Shown here: in pieces, positions 8,485-16,694 of the stretch
How positions within the stretch are numbered: position 1 is the first letter of the stretch
Layout of the letters: each line of letters begins with the position of its first letter
Source of the DNA: Trichodesmium erythraeum IMS101
Lineage (GTDB): Bacteria > Cyanobacteriota > Cyanobacteriia > Cyanobacteriales > Microcoleaceae
Direction: 5' to 3'
Assembly (NCBI RefSeq): GCF_000014265.1
Contig: NC_008312.1
Coordinates: forward strand, 5,820,001-5,852,000
Length of the DNA stretch: 32,000 bases
Position numbers and translations under genes: made by a program
The notes under the pieces: generated by a model
The model's database searches: none
What the model was told of the DNA's origin: nothing
Seen by the model: the letters and a program-made list of their open reading frames with translations, nothing else

Positions 8485-9816
8485 ATGCAAACCGAGTTTA
8501 ACTTTTTTCAGCATTGGTATCCCCTTTCTCCTGTTGAAGACCTTGACCCAGAAATTCCTGTTTCTATAACTTTGTTGGGAATGGGTTTAGTAATTTGGAA
8601 GCCAAGATATTCTCAGAATTACCAGGTATTTTTAGATGTTTGTCCTCATCGTCTCGCACCTTTAAGCGAGGGTCGTGTGGATGAAAAAACTGGGAATTTA
8701 ATGTGTAGTTATCATGGTTGGCAATTTAATTCTGAAGGTATCTGTACTGATATTCCCCAAGCTGAAAATCAGGAAATTATAGAAAAAAATCGGCAAAATT
8801 TCTGTGTAACTTCGTTGCCAGTACGTCAAGAAAATGATTTACTATGGGTTTGGCCTGATAGGAAAACAGCAGACTTAGCTGCTAGTACACCCCTACCATT
8901 ATCACCACAAATAGATGCTGAGAAAGGTTTTGTGTGGTCTTCTTATGTTCGCGATCTAGAATATGATTGGGAAACTCTAGTAGAAAATGTCGCAGATCCG
9001 AGTCATGTTCCTTTTTCTCATCACGGAGTACAAGGTAATAGAAACAAAGCTAGACCAATAGTTATGGAGATTTTACAATCAACGATCAATGTAATTAAAG
9101 TTTCTATTTCGAGAGGTTTACCTACAATAATTACTTTTGAACCACCTTGTCGTTTAGAATATGAAATTAGTATTGGTAAGGATGGCAAAAAAATAGGACT
9201 AGTTACTTATTGTTTGCCAGTATCTCCTGGAAAATCTAGAATTGTGGCTCAATTTCCTAGGAACTTTGCGAAAATAATTCATCGGTTGACACCCCGTTGG
9301 TGGGACCACATTCAAAATCGCAATTTGGTTCTTGATGGAGATATGGTTTTACTAAATCAGCAAGAGTATTTACTGCAGCAAAAACAATCAAGTAAAAGTT
9401 GGAAAACAGCTTATCAATTACCTACAAGTGCAGACCGTTTAGTAATTGAGTTTAGAAATTGGTTTGATAAATATTCTCATGGTCAATTACCTTGGAGTGA
9501 AGTTGGAGTTAGTGATTCAAATAATTCTTTAGTAAATAATAATCATGGCTCACTATTAAATCGTTATCAACAACATACTCAGCATTGTAGTAGTTGTCGG
9601 CAGGCATTAAAAAATCTAAAAAGGTTACAAATTTTCCTGATAACTTATTTCGTAGTTACTGTTTCTGGAGTTGCTATATTGCCTGATAATTTACGGATTA
9701 AAATAGGTTTACCTTTAATAATTACAGCAGTTTTAGGAATGGGAATTTATGCTGGATTGCAATTTTGGTTGATTCCTCAATTTTACTTTGTTGATTATAT
9801 CCATGCTCGAAAATGA
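8485..9816 (+). CDS. Rieske [2Fe-2S] non-haem iron oxygenase of the PaO/Tic55/LLS1-like family, with C-terminal TM helices
   Basis: Rieske motif CPHRLAPLSEGR...CSYHGWQF; mononuclear iron motif ENVADPSHVPFSHH; C-terminal CSSC motif; hydrophobic tail. Confidence 0.85.
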   Translation: MQTEFNFFQHWYPLSPVEDLDPEIPVSITLLGMGLVIWKPRYSQNYQVFLDVCPHRLAPLSEGRVDEKTGNLMCSYHGWQFNSEGICTDIPQAENQEIIEKNRQNFCVTSLPVRQENDLLWVWPDRKTADLAASTPLPLSPQIDAEKGFVWSSYVRDLEYDWETLVENVADPSHVPFSHHGVQGNRNKARPIVMEILQSTINVIKVSISRGLPTIITFEPPCRLEYEISIGKDGKKIGLVTYCLPVSPGKSRIVAQFPRNFAKIIHRLTPRWWDHIQNRNLVLDGDMVLLNQQEYLLQQKQSSKSWKTAYQLPTSADRLVIEFRNWFDKYSHGQLPWSEVGVSDSNNSLVNNNHGSLLNRYQQHTQHCSSCRQALKNLKRLQIFLITYFVVTVSGVAILPDNLRIKIGLPLIITAVLGMGIYAGLQFWLIPQFYFVDYIHARK

Positions 9817-10235
9817 ATGAGTTAGAAATTATCTGATTTATGAAAAAAAATTAGCATTTTGTCAAGATATAATTTGCGGATTAAAATAGATTAAATTTTA
9901 ATAATTATAGCAGTTTTAAAGATTGGGATTTATGTGGGATTAAAATTGTGTTTAATTCCTCAAATTTTACTTTGTTGATTATATCTATGCTTGAAAATGA
10001 ATGAGTTATAAATCAGATAATTTATGAAAAAAAATTAGCATTTTGTCAAGATATAATTTACGGATTAAAATAGATTAAATTTTAATAATTACAGCAGTTT
10101 TAAAGATTGGGATTTATGTGGGATTAAAATTGTGTTTAATTCCTCAAATTTTACTTTGTTGATTATATCTATGCTTGAAAATGAATGAGTTAGGAATTAT
10201 CAGATTTATGAAAAAAAAATTCGATATTTTCATTG
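9671..10235. repeat. About 3.1 tandem copies of a 180-184-bp unit. Copy 1 is the last ~146 bp of the Rieske oxygenase CDS plus its stop and ~35 bp downstream. Copies 2 and 3 are non-coding.
   Basis: The anchor aatttRcggattaaaatag occurs at 9688, 9871 and 10055. Copies 2 and 3 differ from each other at only a handful of positions. Both are clearly diverged from copy 1 and carry in-frame stops. Confidence 0.9.
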
Positions 10236-10591
10236 CTCAAGCTTTATGAGAGTAAAAAATAATAGTCAGGAAAATTAACCAGGTTTGTAATTTTGATGCA
10301 TAAGTTTTGTTGCTCTCAAAAGGTAACCACTTAATAACTGGGTGCTTGCCTGAAAAGTATTCAAGAATATGTGATCAGATCAAATCAGATAAAATCAGAT
10401 AAAATTTGATATCAAAGACAAATACAGCTCCCTGGTGTTCTTTACCTCAAGGAAAAAAAACTGTAAGCATTGACTAGAACTCAGCAATAAGCTCATTTTT
10501 TTTGAGTGTGGGAGAAGGATATTTTAACCCTTAGCTCCCAAAGATGATAGCTGAATGCTAAAAGCCGATAAGATAACTATTTAATTATTTG

Positions 10592-11986
10592 TTAGTTACT
10601 TGCTATCAACTGCATTTCAGATACCCAAGTACCATGAAAACCATAAGGTACTCTCTGAGGTAACATTACCCGTGCTACAGGCTCTCCCATAATATCCTGA
10701 GCATCTATAACCAATAATTCAGAATGTTTCTCTTTTTCATCATATACAAAGGTTAACAACCAACCATCGTCTTCATCAATAGAACCTATTCTCGGAGCAA
10801 AGGTTGTGGCGCCCCCATAACGACCTTCACCAAAGTCATGGGATAGGGATCTACCAGTACTGAAGTCATATTTAATAATTCCATCAAACAATGGTCGCAA
10901 GGATGCCATTCTAGAAGTATAACCATAGCGCATTTGCCGACCGACAAACCTATGATTAATACAAGGAAATTCGGAGGGTCTCTTGTCTAACATCCCTTCT
11001 CTAACAGCACCGGTTTTGAGATTAAATGCCCATCCATACATGCGGGGAATATTCTCATTGGGGTCTCTAGCAGTACCAGGATACCAATAAGTTGAACTCA
11101 TGCGACAACCGTATAATATTATTTCATCTTCAAATTCGTAAGCATTGAGAATATGATTCATATAGCAAGGTTGAGCTTCAAACCAGTGAATGTCTTCATT
11201 GTTTCCACAGCGAGGTAAAATACCAAAACGACTGGGGACTCCAGTTTCAAACATCCAAGCGGGTAAACCTTGTTTTTCTCTTTCTGGACGGAAGCGTAAT
11301 GGTAAGTCCATTAAAATTGTATAATTTTTTGTGATGGCAAAATCATGGGGACCACTTGGAACGGGTATATTAATTGGTGTTATCTGTAATAGCTCGCCTC
11401 TAGCTGAGATTATACCATATTTTAAATATGGAGCTACATCAAGGGCGTAACCAAAAAATATTAATTCTCCGGTCATGGGGTCAATTTTTGGATGAGCAGT
11501 AAAAGCAGAGTCTAAGTAACCATCACACAAATATGGTCCTGTTGTTTCTAGGCTGGGAACTCTAATTTCATAAGGTAAACCTGCTTCCCAAAGGGCTAAT
11601 AGTTTTCCGTTGTGAAAAGTTAGACCATTATTGGCCACGTTTTTATATGGGCCATAGGGATTATTCATTTGGGGAGGTTCTAATCTGCCGCTCCAGACGG
11701 CATAACCTAAGTCTTTTTCTACTTCAAATCCTCCCGTCCTTACATAGCGGTTTCGATATTCTGCTCTACCACCACTAATTCTTACTCCATGTATCATTCC
11801 ATCGCCATCCATCCAATCATATTTACCTAAAGGGGTAAATTGAGGATTTGGGCCATTTCTAAGATACATTCCTGATAAGTCTCTAGGGAGTTCACCTTTA
11901 ATTTCTAGGTTGTTAGTGGTTATTTCTTTGCTGACTGGGGCAAAATTACTCATTAAGTAGGGGTTAAATTTTGTTGTTGTAGTCAT
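10592..11986 (-). CDS. Carotenoid/apocarotenoid cleavage oxygenase (RPE65/CCD family)
   Basis: Family-typical N-terminus (FAPV...GELPRDLSGMYLRNGPNP) and four spaced His iron ligands in conserved contexts (FTAHPKIDP, PHDFAITKNY, YMNHILNAYE, GFHGTWV). Confidence 0.9.
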   Translation of the reverse strand: MTTTTKFNPYLMSNFAPVSKEITTNNLEIKGELPRDLSGMYLRNGPNPQFTPLGKYDWMDGDGMIHGVRISGGRAEYRNRYVRTGGFEVEKDLGYAVWSGRLEPPQMNNPYGPYKNVANNGLTFHNGKLLALWEAGLPYEIRVPSLETTGPYLCDGYLDSAFTAHPKIDPMTGELIFFGYALDVAPYLKYGIISARGELLQITPINIPVPSGPHDFAITKNYTILMDLPLRFRPEREKQGLPAWMFETGVPSRFGILPRCGNNEDIHWFEAQPCYMNHILNAYEFEDEIILYGCRMSSTYWYPGTARDPNENIPRMYGWAFNLKTGAVREGMLDKRPSEFPCINHRFVGRQMRYGYTSRMASLRPLFDGIIKYDFSTGRSLSHDFGEGRYGGATTFAPRIGSIDEDDGWLLTFVYDEKEKHSELLVIDAQDIMGEPVARVMLPQRVPYGFHGTWVSEMQLIASN

Positions 11987-12271
11987 TAGAAGTCGCTCCT
12001 ATAGAAAAAAATTAAGCTTCTATTAAAAGCTTATGACCACTTTTCGATTCTGTATAGTCTTGTCAAGATTTACATATAAGGATCCTAAATGATATTAGAG
12101 AAAGTCTTGATCATAAAAATGTGGTTAGATTTTGTATAATAAAAAGTTTATCTTTTTTATGATGTCTGATTTATATTCAAAATCATTTAGGGTTAGTTTC
12201 GCCTTAAGCTAAAAATTAGAAATAAGTCATAAATAATAAGTCATAAGTCATTAATTATGAGCTAAAAATAT

Positions 12272-12598
12272 TTATGCTAATTTGACTGCTGTTCCTATTG
12301 CAGTTATTAATAGCAAGGCACCTTTTTCATCGACATTAATGGTGCCTGTATCTATTTCTATTCCTACAACTGCATTGGCTCCCATGCGTCTAGCACGTTT
12401 TTCTAATTCGGCGATCGCTTCTTCTTGGCCCTGTTTAAACAATTCCTCATAACTACCGGTACGACCTCCAATAATGTCTCTAATTCCAGCAAAGAAGTCT
12501 CTAAGAGCATTACTACCATAAACTACTTCAGCAGTTACAATTCCTAAATATTCTTCAACTTCAGATCCTTGAATTACATCAGTTGTAGTTATAATCAT
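12272..12598 (-). CDS. YbjQ/UPF0145 family protein (putative heavy-metal-binding domain)
   Basis: The 108-aa length and sequence (MIITTTDVIQG...YLGIVTAEVVYGSNALRDFFAGIRDIIGGR...ANAVVGIEID) match the YbjQ family pattern. Confidence 0.8.
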   Translation of the reverse strand: MIITTTDVIQGSEVEEYLGIVTAEVVYGSNALRDFFAGIRDIIGGRTGSYEELFKQGQEEAIAELEKRARRMGANAVVGIEIDTGTINVDEKGALLLITAIGTAVKLA

Positions 12599-13653
12599 CT
12601 TTGAATTATTACCAGTTAATTTTTTTGAGCTGACCCAACTTTATTTTTTCCTGTAGAAATACTATAGGAACTGAATAAGTTATTACTTTACTAAGTTATC
12701 GTAATCCGCTAATAAGTTATAAAAACTCAAAAAATAGAAATAAATTTCCAATCTATTGCTCTTTGGCCCTAAGTCTATGCTCAAGAATTTGTAAGACTTT
12801 GGAAAATATCAAAATAGGGTTTCTAGATTAGGGAAAATCAATTAAGACAATTAAATTTCAACAAAATAAGTATTTTTTTCAGAGCCAATACTGCTGTTTA
12901 ACTTAGGATTAAGTTAATAGATTTTCTGGTCTATTTTTTTGCTTTTAAATTGGTATTATACTACTTTTAAAGGTTGCTAATTTTGGTATATTTATTACTA
13001 TTAAATAATTCATTTTTACTGATTATTTACATCTTTTTTTTATGGAAATAATTACACTATTTTTGACTATAAAACCCTTTTCATAATATTTTTTAATAGT
13101 CTGATACTACTTTGGAAATTAATTACAAGTGTATGAAAAATATTTTTTTTTTACATTTTAAAATCAAAAATAATTAAGGCAGAATAATTATTTTACTGAT
13201 TTACTTAATAGTAATATCTTGGGTAAATAAAACTTTCAAAATACTTAAATTGATGATTTAAAGTCTTATTGAACTATTTTAAAAATATGAAAATTCTACT
13301 TTTGCTAAGATAAAGCCTGTTGAGAATTGATAATAATTCTGGCAAAATGACAATTTTTAAAGTAGTATAACAATGAGGATGTACCGAATGGTGACGAAAT
13401 AATTTATATGTGACATACTGTCAGGTTGACAAACCTTAATCCCTGAGATATTGATAACTTATAACTCAAATATTGAGTTTTGAAAAATAATTTTAACCTT
13501 GTTAAAGGATAGAAATAGGCGATCGCTAATACAGCTCAGTATAGACAAGATTTTCAAGGTAAGTTTTGGTTAATTCTTTGTAGATAATTCATGAACAAGC
13601 TGATATGATTAATAACTTATGTAAACATTATTAATGTTAACTTTAGGCTGGCC

Positions 13654-14811
13654 GTGTACAAACAAAAAATACCAATACTTAATAGTGTAATAGTGGGTCT
13701 TATTTTGGCCACTATTCCTTCTATTGCTTACGGAGCTCCTTGTGAACAAATAAGGAAGACAAATGAAACCTCAATTACTTTTCCAAGTTGTGGGGACAAA
13801 TTATGGGCTCGAGTTGATCAAACTGCGGGTTCAGAACTAGATGAACTACTACGTCAGGGACGAGAATTAGCAGATGAGAAAAAATATCAAGAAGCCATAA
13901 GAATATATCAACAGGCAGTACGTTTAGACCCCAAAAATGCTACGATATATTCGGGTATTGCTTACTTGGAAGCAGTGCAAGAAAATTTCCAAGCGGCAGC
14001 TCTATTTTACCAACAGGCGATAGCTATAGATCCTCATAATGCAAAGTTTCAATATGGTTTAGGATATGCTATGGCAAAATTGGAAAATTATCAGGCGGCA
14101 GTTGAGGCTTATCGCCGTGCTTCTCTCCTAGACCGAAATAATGTTAATACTCATTTAGGTTTGGGTGCTGCATTGTTTCGCCTGGAGAAATATGGTGAGG
14201 CAAGGGTTGCATATGAAGTAGCAATTAAATCTAATCCTAAAAATCCTGAAGCTTATGCTGCGATGGGCTTAGTGTTACTTAAGGAAAGACTTTTTCCTGA
14301 AGCATTAGTACATTTACGAGAGGCTGAAAAGTTATCTCCTAGAAATGCGGAGATACAAATTAAGTTGGCGACTGCTTTATTAGCGGCTGCAGATACTAAG
14401 GGCGCTTTGGTAGCTCTGGAGTTAGCTTCTCGTTTGGAACCTCGAAATGCAGATATTCAGTTTCAAGTTGGGGAAATTTATCAGGCGCAGAATAATACTG
14501 AAGGTGCTTTGAGGGCTTATAAAAGAGCTTTTTATGTTGACCGATCGTTGTTGAAAGCTAAGTTTGCTGCTGCGGGGATACTTTTAGAACAGCAGAATTA
14601 TTTAGAGGCAATAATTATTTATCGGCGAGTTATTCAAGCTGATCCTGAGAATGCAGATGCTCATTATAAAATGGGGTTGGCTCTTCAAGGTAGAGAACGC
14701 AAAGGGGAAGCATTAAGAGCTTTTGAAACTGCTTTAAAATTATTTGAGGAACAGGATAATTTTGAGGGTAAGGAAATGGTGGAAAGTATGATGGTGGAGT
14801 TGGAAGATTAA
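13654..14811 (+). CDS. Secreted/periplasmic tetratricopeptide (TPR) repeat protein
   Basis: GTG start and a signal-peptide-like N-terminus (ILNSVIVGLILATIPSIAYGAP). About 8 consecutive 34-aa TPR units follow (A..Y..AI.LDP.NA pattern). Confidence 0.85.
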   Translation: MYKQKIPILNSVIVGLILATIPSIAYGAPCEQIRKTNETSITFPSCGDKLWARVDQTAGSELDELLRQGRELADEKKYQEAIRIYQQAVRLDPKNATIYSGIAYLEAVQENFQAAALFYQQAIAIDPHNAKFQYGLGYAMAKLENYQAAVEAYRRASLLDRNNVNTHLGLGAALFRLEKYGEARVAYEVAIKSNPKNPEAYAAMGLVLLKERLFPEALVHLREAEKLSPRNAEIQIKLATALLAAADTKGALVALELASRLEPRNADIQFQVGEIYQAQNNTEGALRAYKRAFYVDRSLLKAKFAAAGILLEQQNYLEAIIIYRRVIQADPENADAHYKMGLALQGRERKGEALRAFETALKLFEEQDNFEGKEMVESMMVELED

Positions 14812-14829
14812 TTTTAGGCTTTTGTTGTT

Positions 14830-16200
14830 GCTGACAAAGGTAGTTAATATTTTCCCCGGCTGTTAGGTACTAGGTTTTTGACTGAGCCTTAGCCGCTCGG
14901 CGGGTTGACATGTTGGAGCTGCTGCTAGTTTGGCAGTGGTTTGATGCTGGTCGACCGGTCGGTTTTTTGTCTCGGTATGCCTACCCGCGACTAATATATT
15001 TTTTGCTGCGTTTTTGTCTGGATAGAATTCTGTTCCGCTACGGGACGATGTTTAGATACACAATGTAGGATGTTTGGACTCACGAGTTGATAAGTCTCAG
15101 TTTTCTACTTTTAAACCCACAACAACTGAGGGATGTTGTATGGAAGTTCTGTATGATGTGGGCTCTTAATGGCTAGTTACTTTTAGCTCCTGAATGTATT
15201 TTTTTGCTTTTCCTTTTAAAAATGTCGGGATTTTTCTGGGGTTGTTTTTCATAAATAGCTGTTGATAATTTCTGATTTTTAACTATTCTAGAAATGTGCA
15301 AGTCTTCTAAAACAGTTGTTTGGTTTTCACGAATTATTTTGCTAGATAATTTGTGTGGAAAGTCTCTCTTTGTATCTTTCAGTTTTCTATGAAGTTTAGC
15401 TATTTTTAGTCTGGCTTTTTTATCTTTTTTAGAGTTGTTAGTTTTTTTAGAGAATGAGTTAGTTGGTTTTCGGTGCTTTTTAATTTTTTTTTTAGTGTTT
15501 TTGGTGCATCAATTTTTTTTCTATGCACGGAGGTTGCATAACAAAAATTTGTTTGATGTCGGGTAGGGAAATGTTCCTATAGTGGCAAAAGTTTTAATTC
15601 CTAAATCTCTACTTACTGAATTATCGGTTTTAGGGAATACTTATGGCAAAATTTCTACTACAAAGTTTAGGAAATATTGATGAGCTGAATTTTTGATTAC
15701 TGTTTCTGATAATGGAGTAGGGGGTAGTTCTTTTAATGACAAATTTTTCAGCTTTCGTATTTTAGCTAAGTAAATTTTATGGTGACTAATTTTCAATCCA
15801 CTTTTTGTAAGTCTAGCTGTTGGCTTTGACTTTCTATTCTTAAGTTTAGGAAATTTGATGGGTTGACTTTTTCTGTTGTCTTGAGTTGATGAAAAAAGTT
15901 TTGTTCAGCCTGTTTGAAATGGTTGAAAGATTGCTGTAGTGGTATGGCATAAACTTCTGACAACTAAGTTCTTTGTTCAGTTTTTTTGGTCTGAGTAATA
16001 AACTGTTTTTGTAGTTCAGTGTTAGTGGGTTTTTTCTTTCCTAGTTTGTATTTTTCCTGACGGCAAGTTTGACTATCATTCCAGATAAGACGGACACAAC
16101 TAAATAGTTTTGCTAATGGGTGTTTTTATCTCAATGTTGGATATATAGGGTATTTAAATCTGGTTTTCATAGAATGACTTTTGAACTAAAAAGCTGAATA
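14830..16200 (-). mobile_element. Relic of a TnpB-only IS605-family insertion, including a GC-rich right-end (omega/reRNA-like) segment at about 14840-15010
   Basis: The pseudogene above, plus a local G+C spike (35/60 in 14881-14940) exactly where the tnpB 3' end and right end would lie. No tnpA is present. The boundaries are approximate. Confidence 0.6.
14950..16170 (-). pseudogene. tnpB: Decayed TnpB (IS200/IS605 OrfB, IS1341-like) gene with multiple stops and frameshifts
   Basis: Manual minus-strand translation gives MKTRFKYPIYPTLR*KHPLAKLFSCVRLIWNDS..., then ...KARLKIAKLHRKLKDTKRDFPHKLSSKIIRENQTTVLEDLHISRIVKNQKLSTAIYE.... This follows the canonical TnpB N-terminus and RuvC-II region but is interrupted by stops. 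The Cys residues of the Zn finger are lost. Confidence 0.8.
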
Positions 16201-16292
16201 AGATAAGGTGTGAAAAAAAATAAACTAAAAAGTTGCTTTAGAAGGGGGAAGGTTTAAAGTAAATTTTTCGGTAGAAGCCCGAAAGGAAATAG

Positions 16293-16444
16293 ATTATCTG
16301 CTGAAGTTGGTGGTTGATGTAAGTATTCTGCTGTTGGTTATTAGTTATTAGTTATTAGTTATTAGCTAGAAGGAAAAGTTAGTTTATAAGAAGGGTTAAA
16401 GGTTGGAGAGGAGGTAAATTATCTGCTCAATTTGGTGGTTGATT
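16293..16444. repeat. A 26-bp direct repeat attatctgctSaaKttggtggttgat (16293-16318 and 16419-16444, 24/26 identical) flanking a heptamer microsatellite
   Basis: Read directly. Weaker similarity extends upstream of both copies (gaaggg...aggt). Confidence 0.8.
16337..16365. repeat. Heptamer microsatellite (gttatta)x4, STRR-like
   Basis: ggttattagttattagttattagttattagc read directly. The reverse-complement motif ctaataa recurs at about 21385-21420. Confidence 0.85.
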
Positions 16445-16694
16445 ATTTTGATGCATCTTTTGGCGCGGTATTACTTAGGAAAATGTTTTGAGCTGACTGT
16501 TAAAGTGCTGGATTTTTTCAAGTAATTAGCCTGCTTTGGTTAAAATAATTCCGGCTGTTTTTGTTAGTTTGGTGTAGTTAGTTTTTAGCTGTTAGTTGAA
16601 GAGCGATCGCTTATAATTTAGTTTTTTTTCTTTTTTAGGGCTGCCTTTTTCTATTTTATTATGTAAAATATGAGAAAAATTATTTTATCCAGTT

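Noticed and set aside
9671-10235. Tandem array as a possible CRISPR locus
   Set aside because: The units are ~183 bp and contiguous with no unique spacers, and they derive from the adjacent gene's 3' end. No cas genes are present.
10374-10416. atcagat repeated three times at 10-bp spacing, followed by the 12-bp palindrome tttgatatcaaa
   Set aside because: It is very short and low complexity. It might be a protein-binding site, but there is no supporting context.
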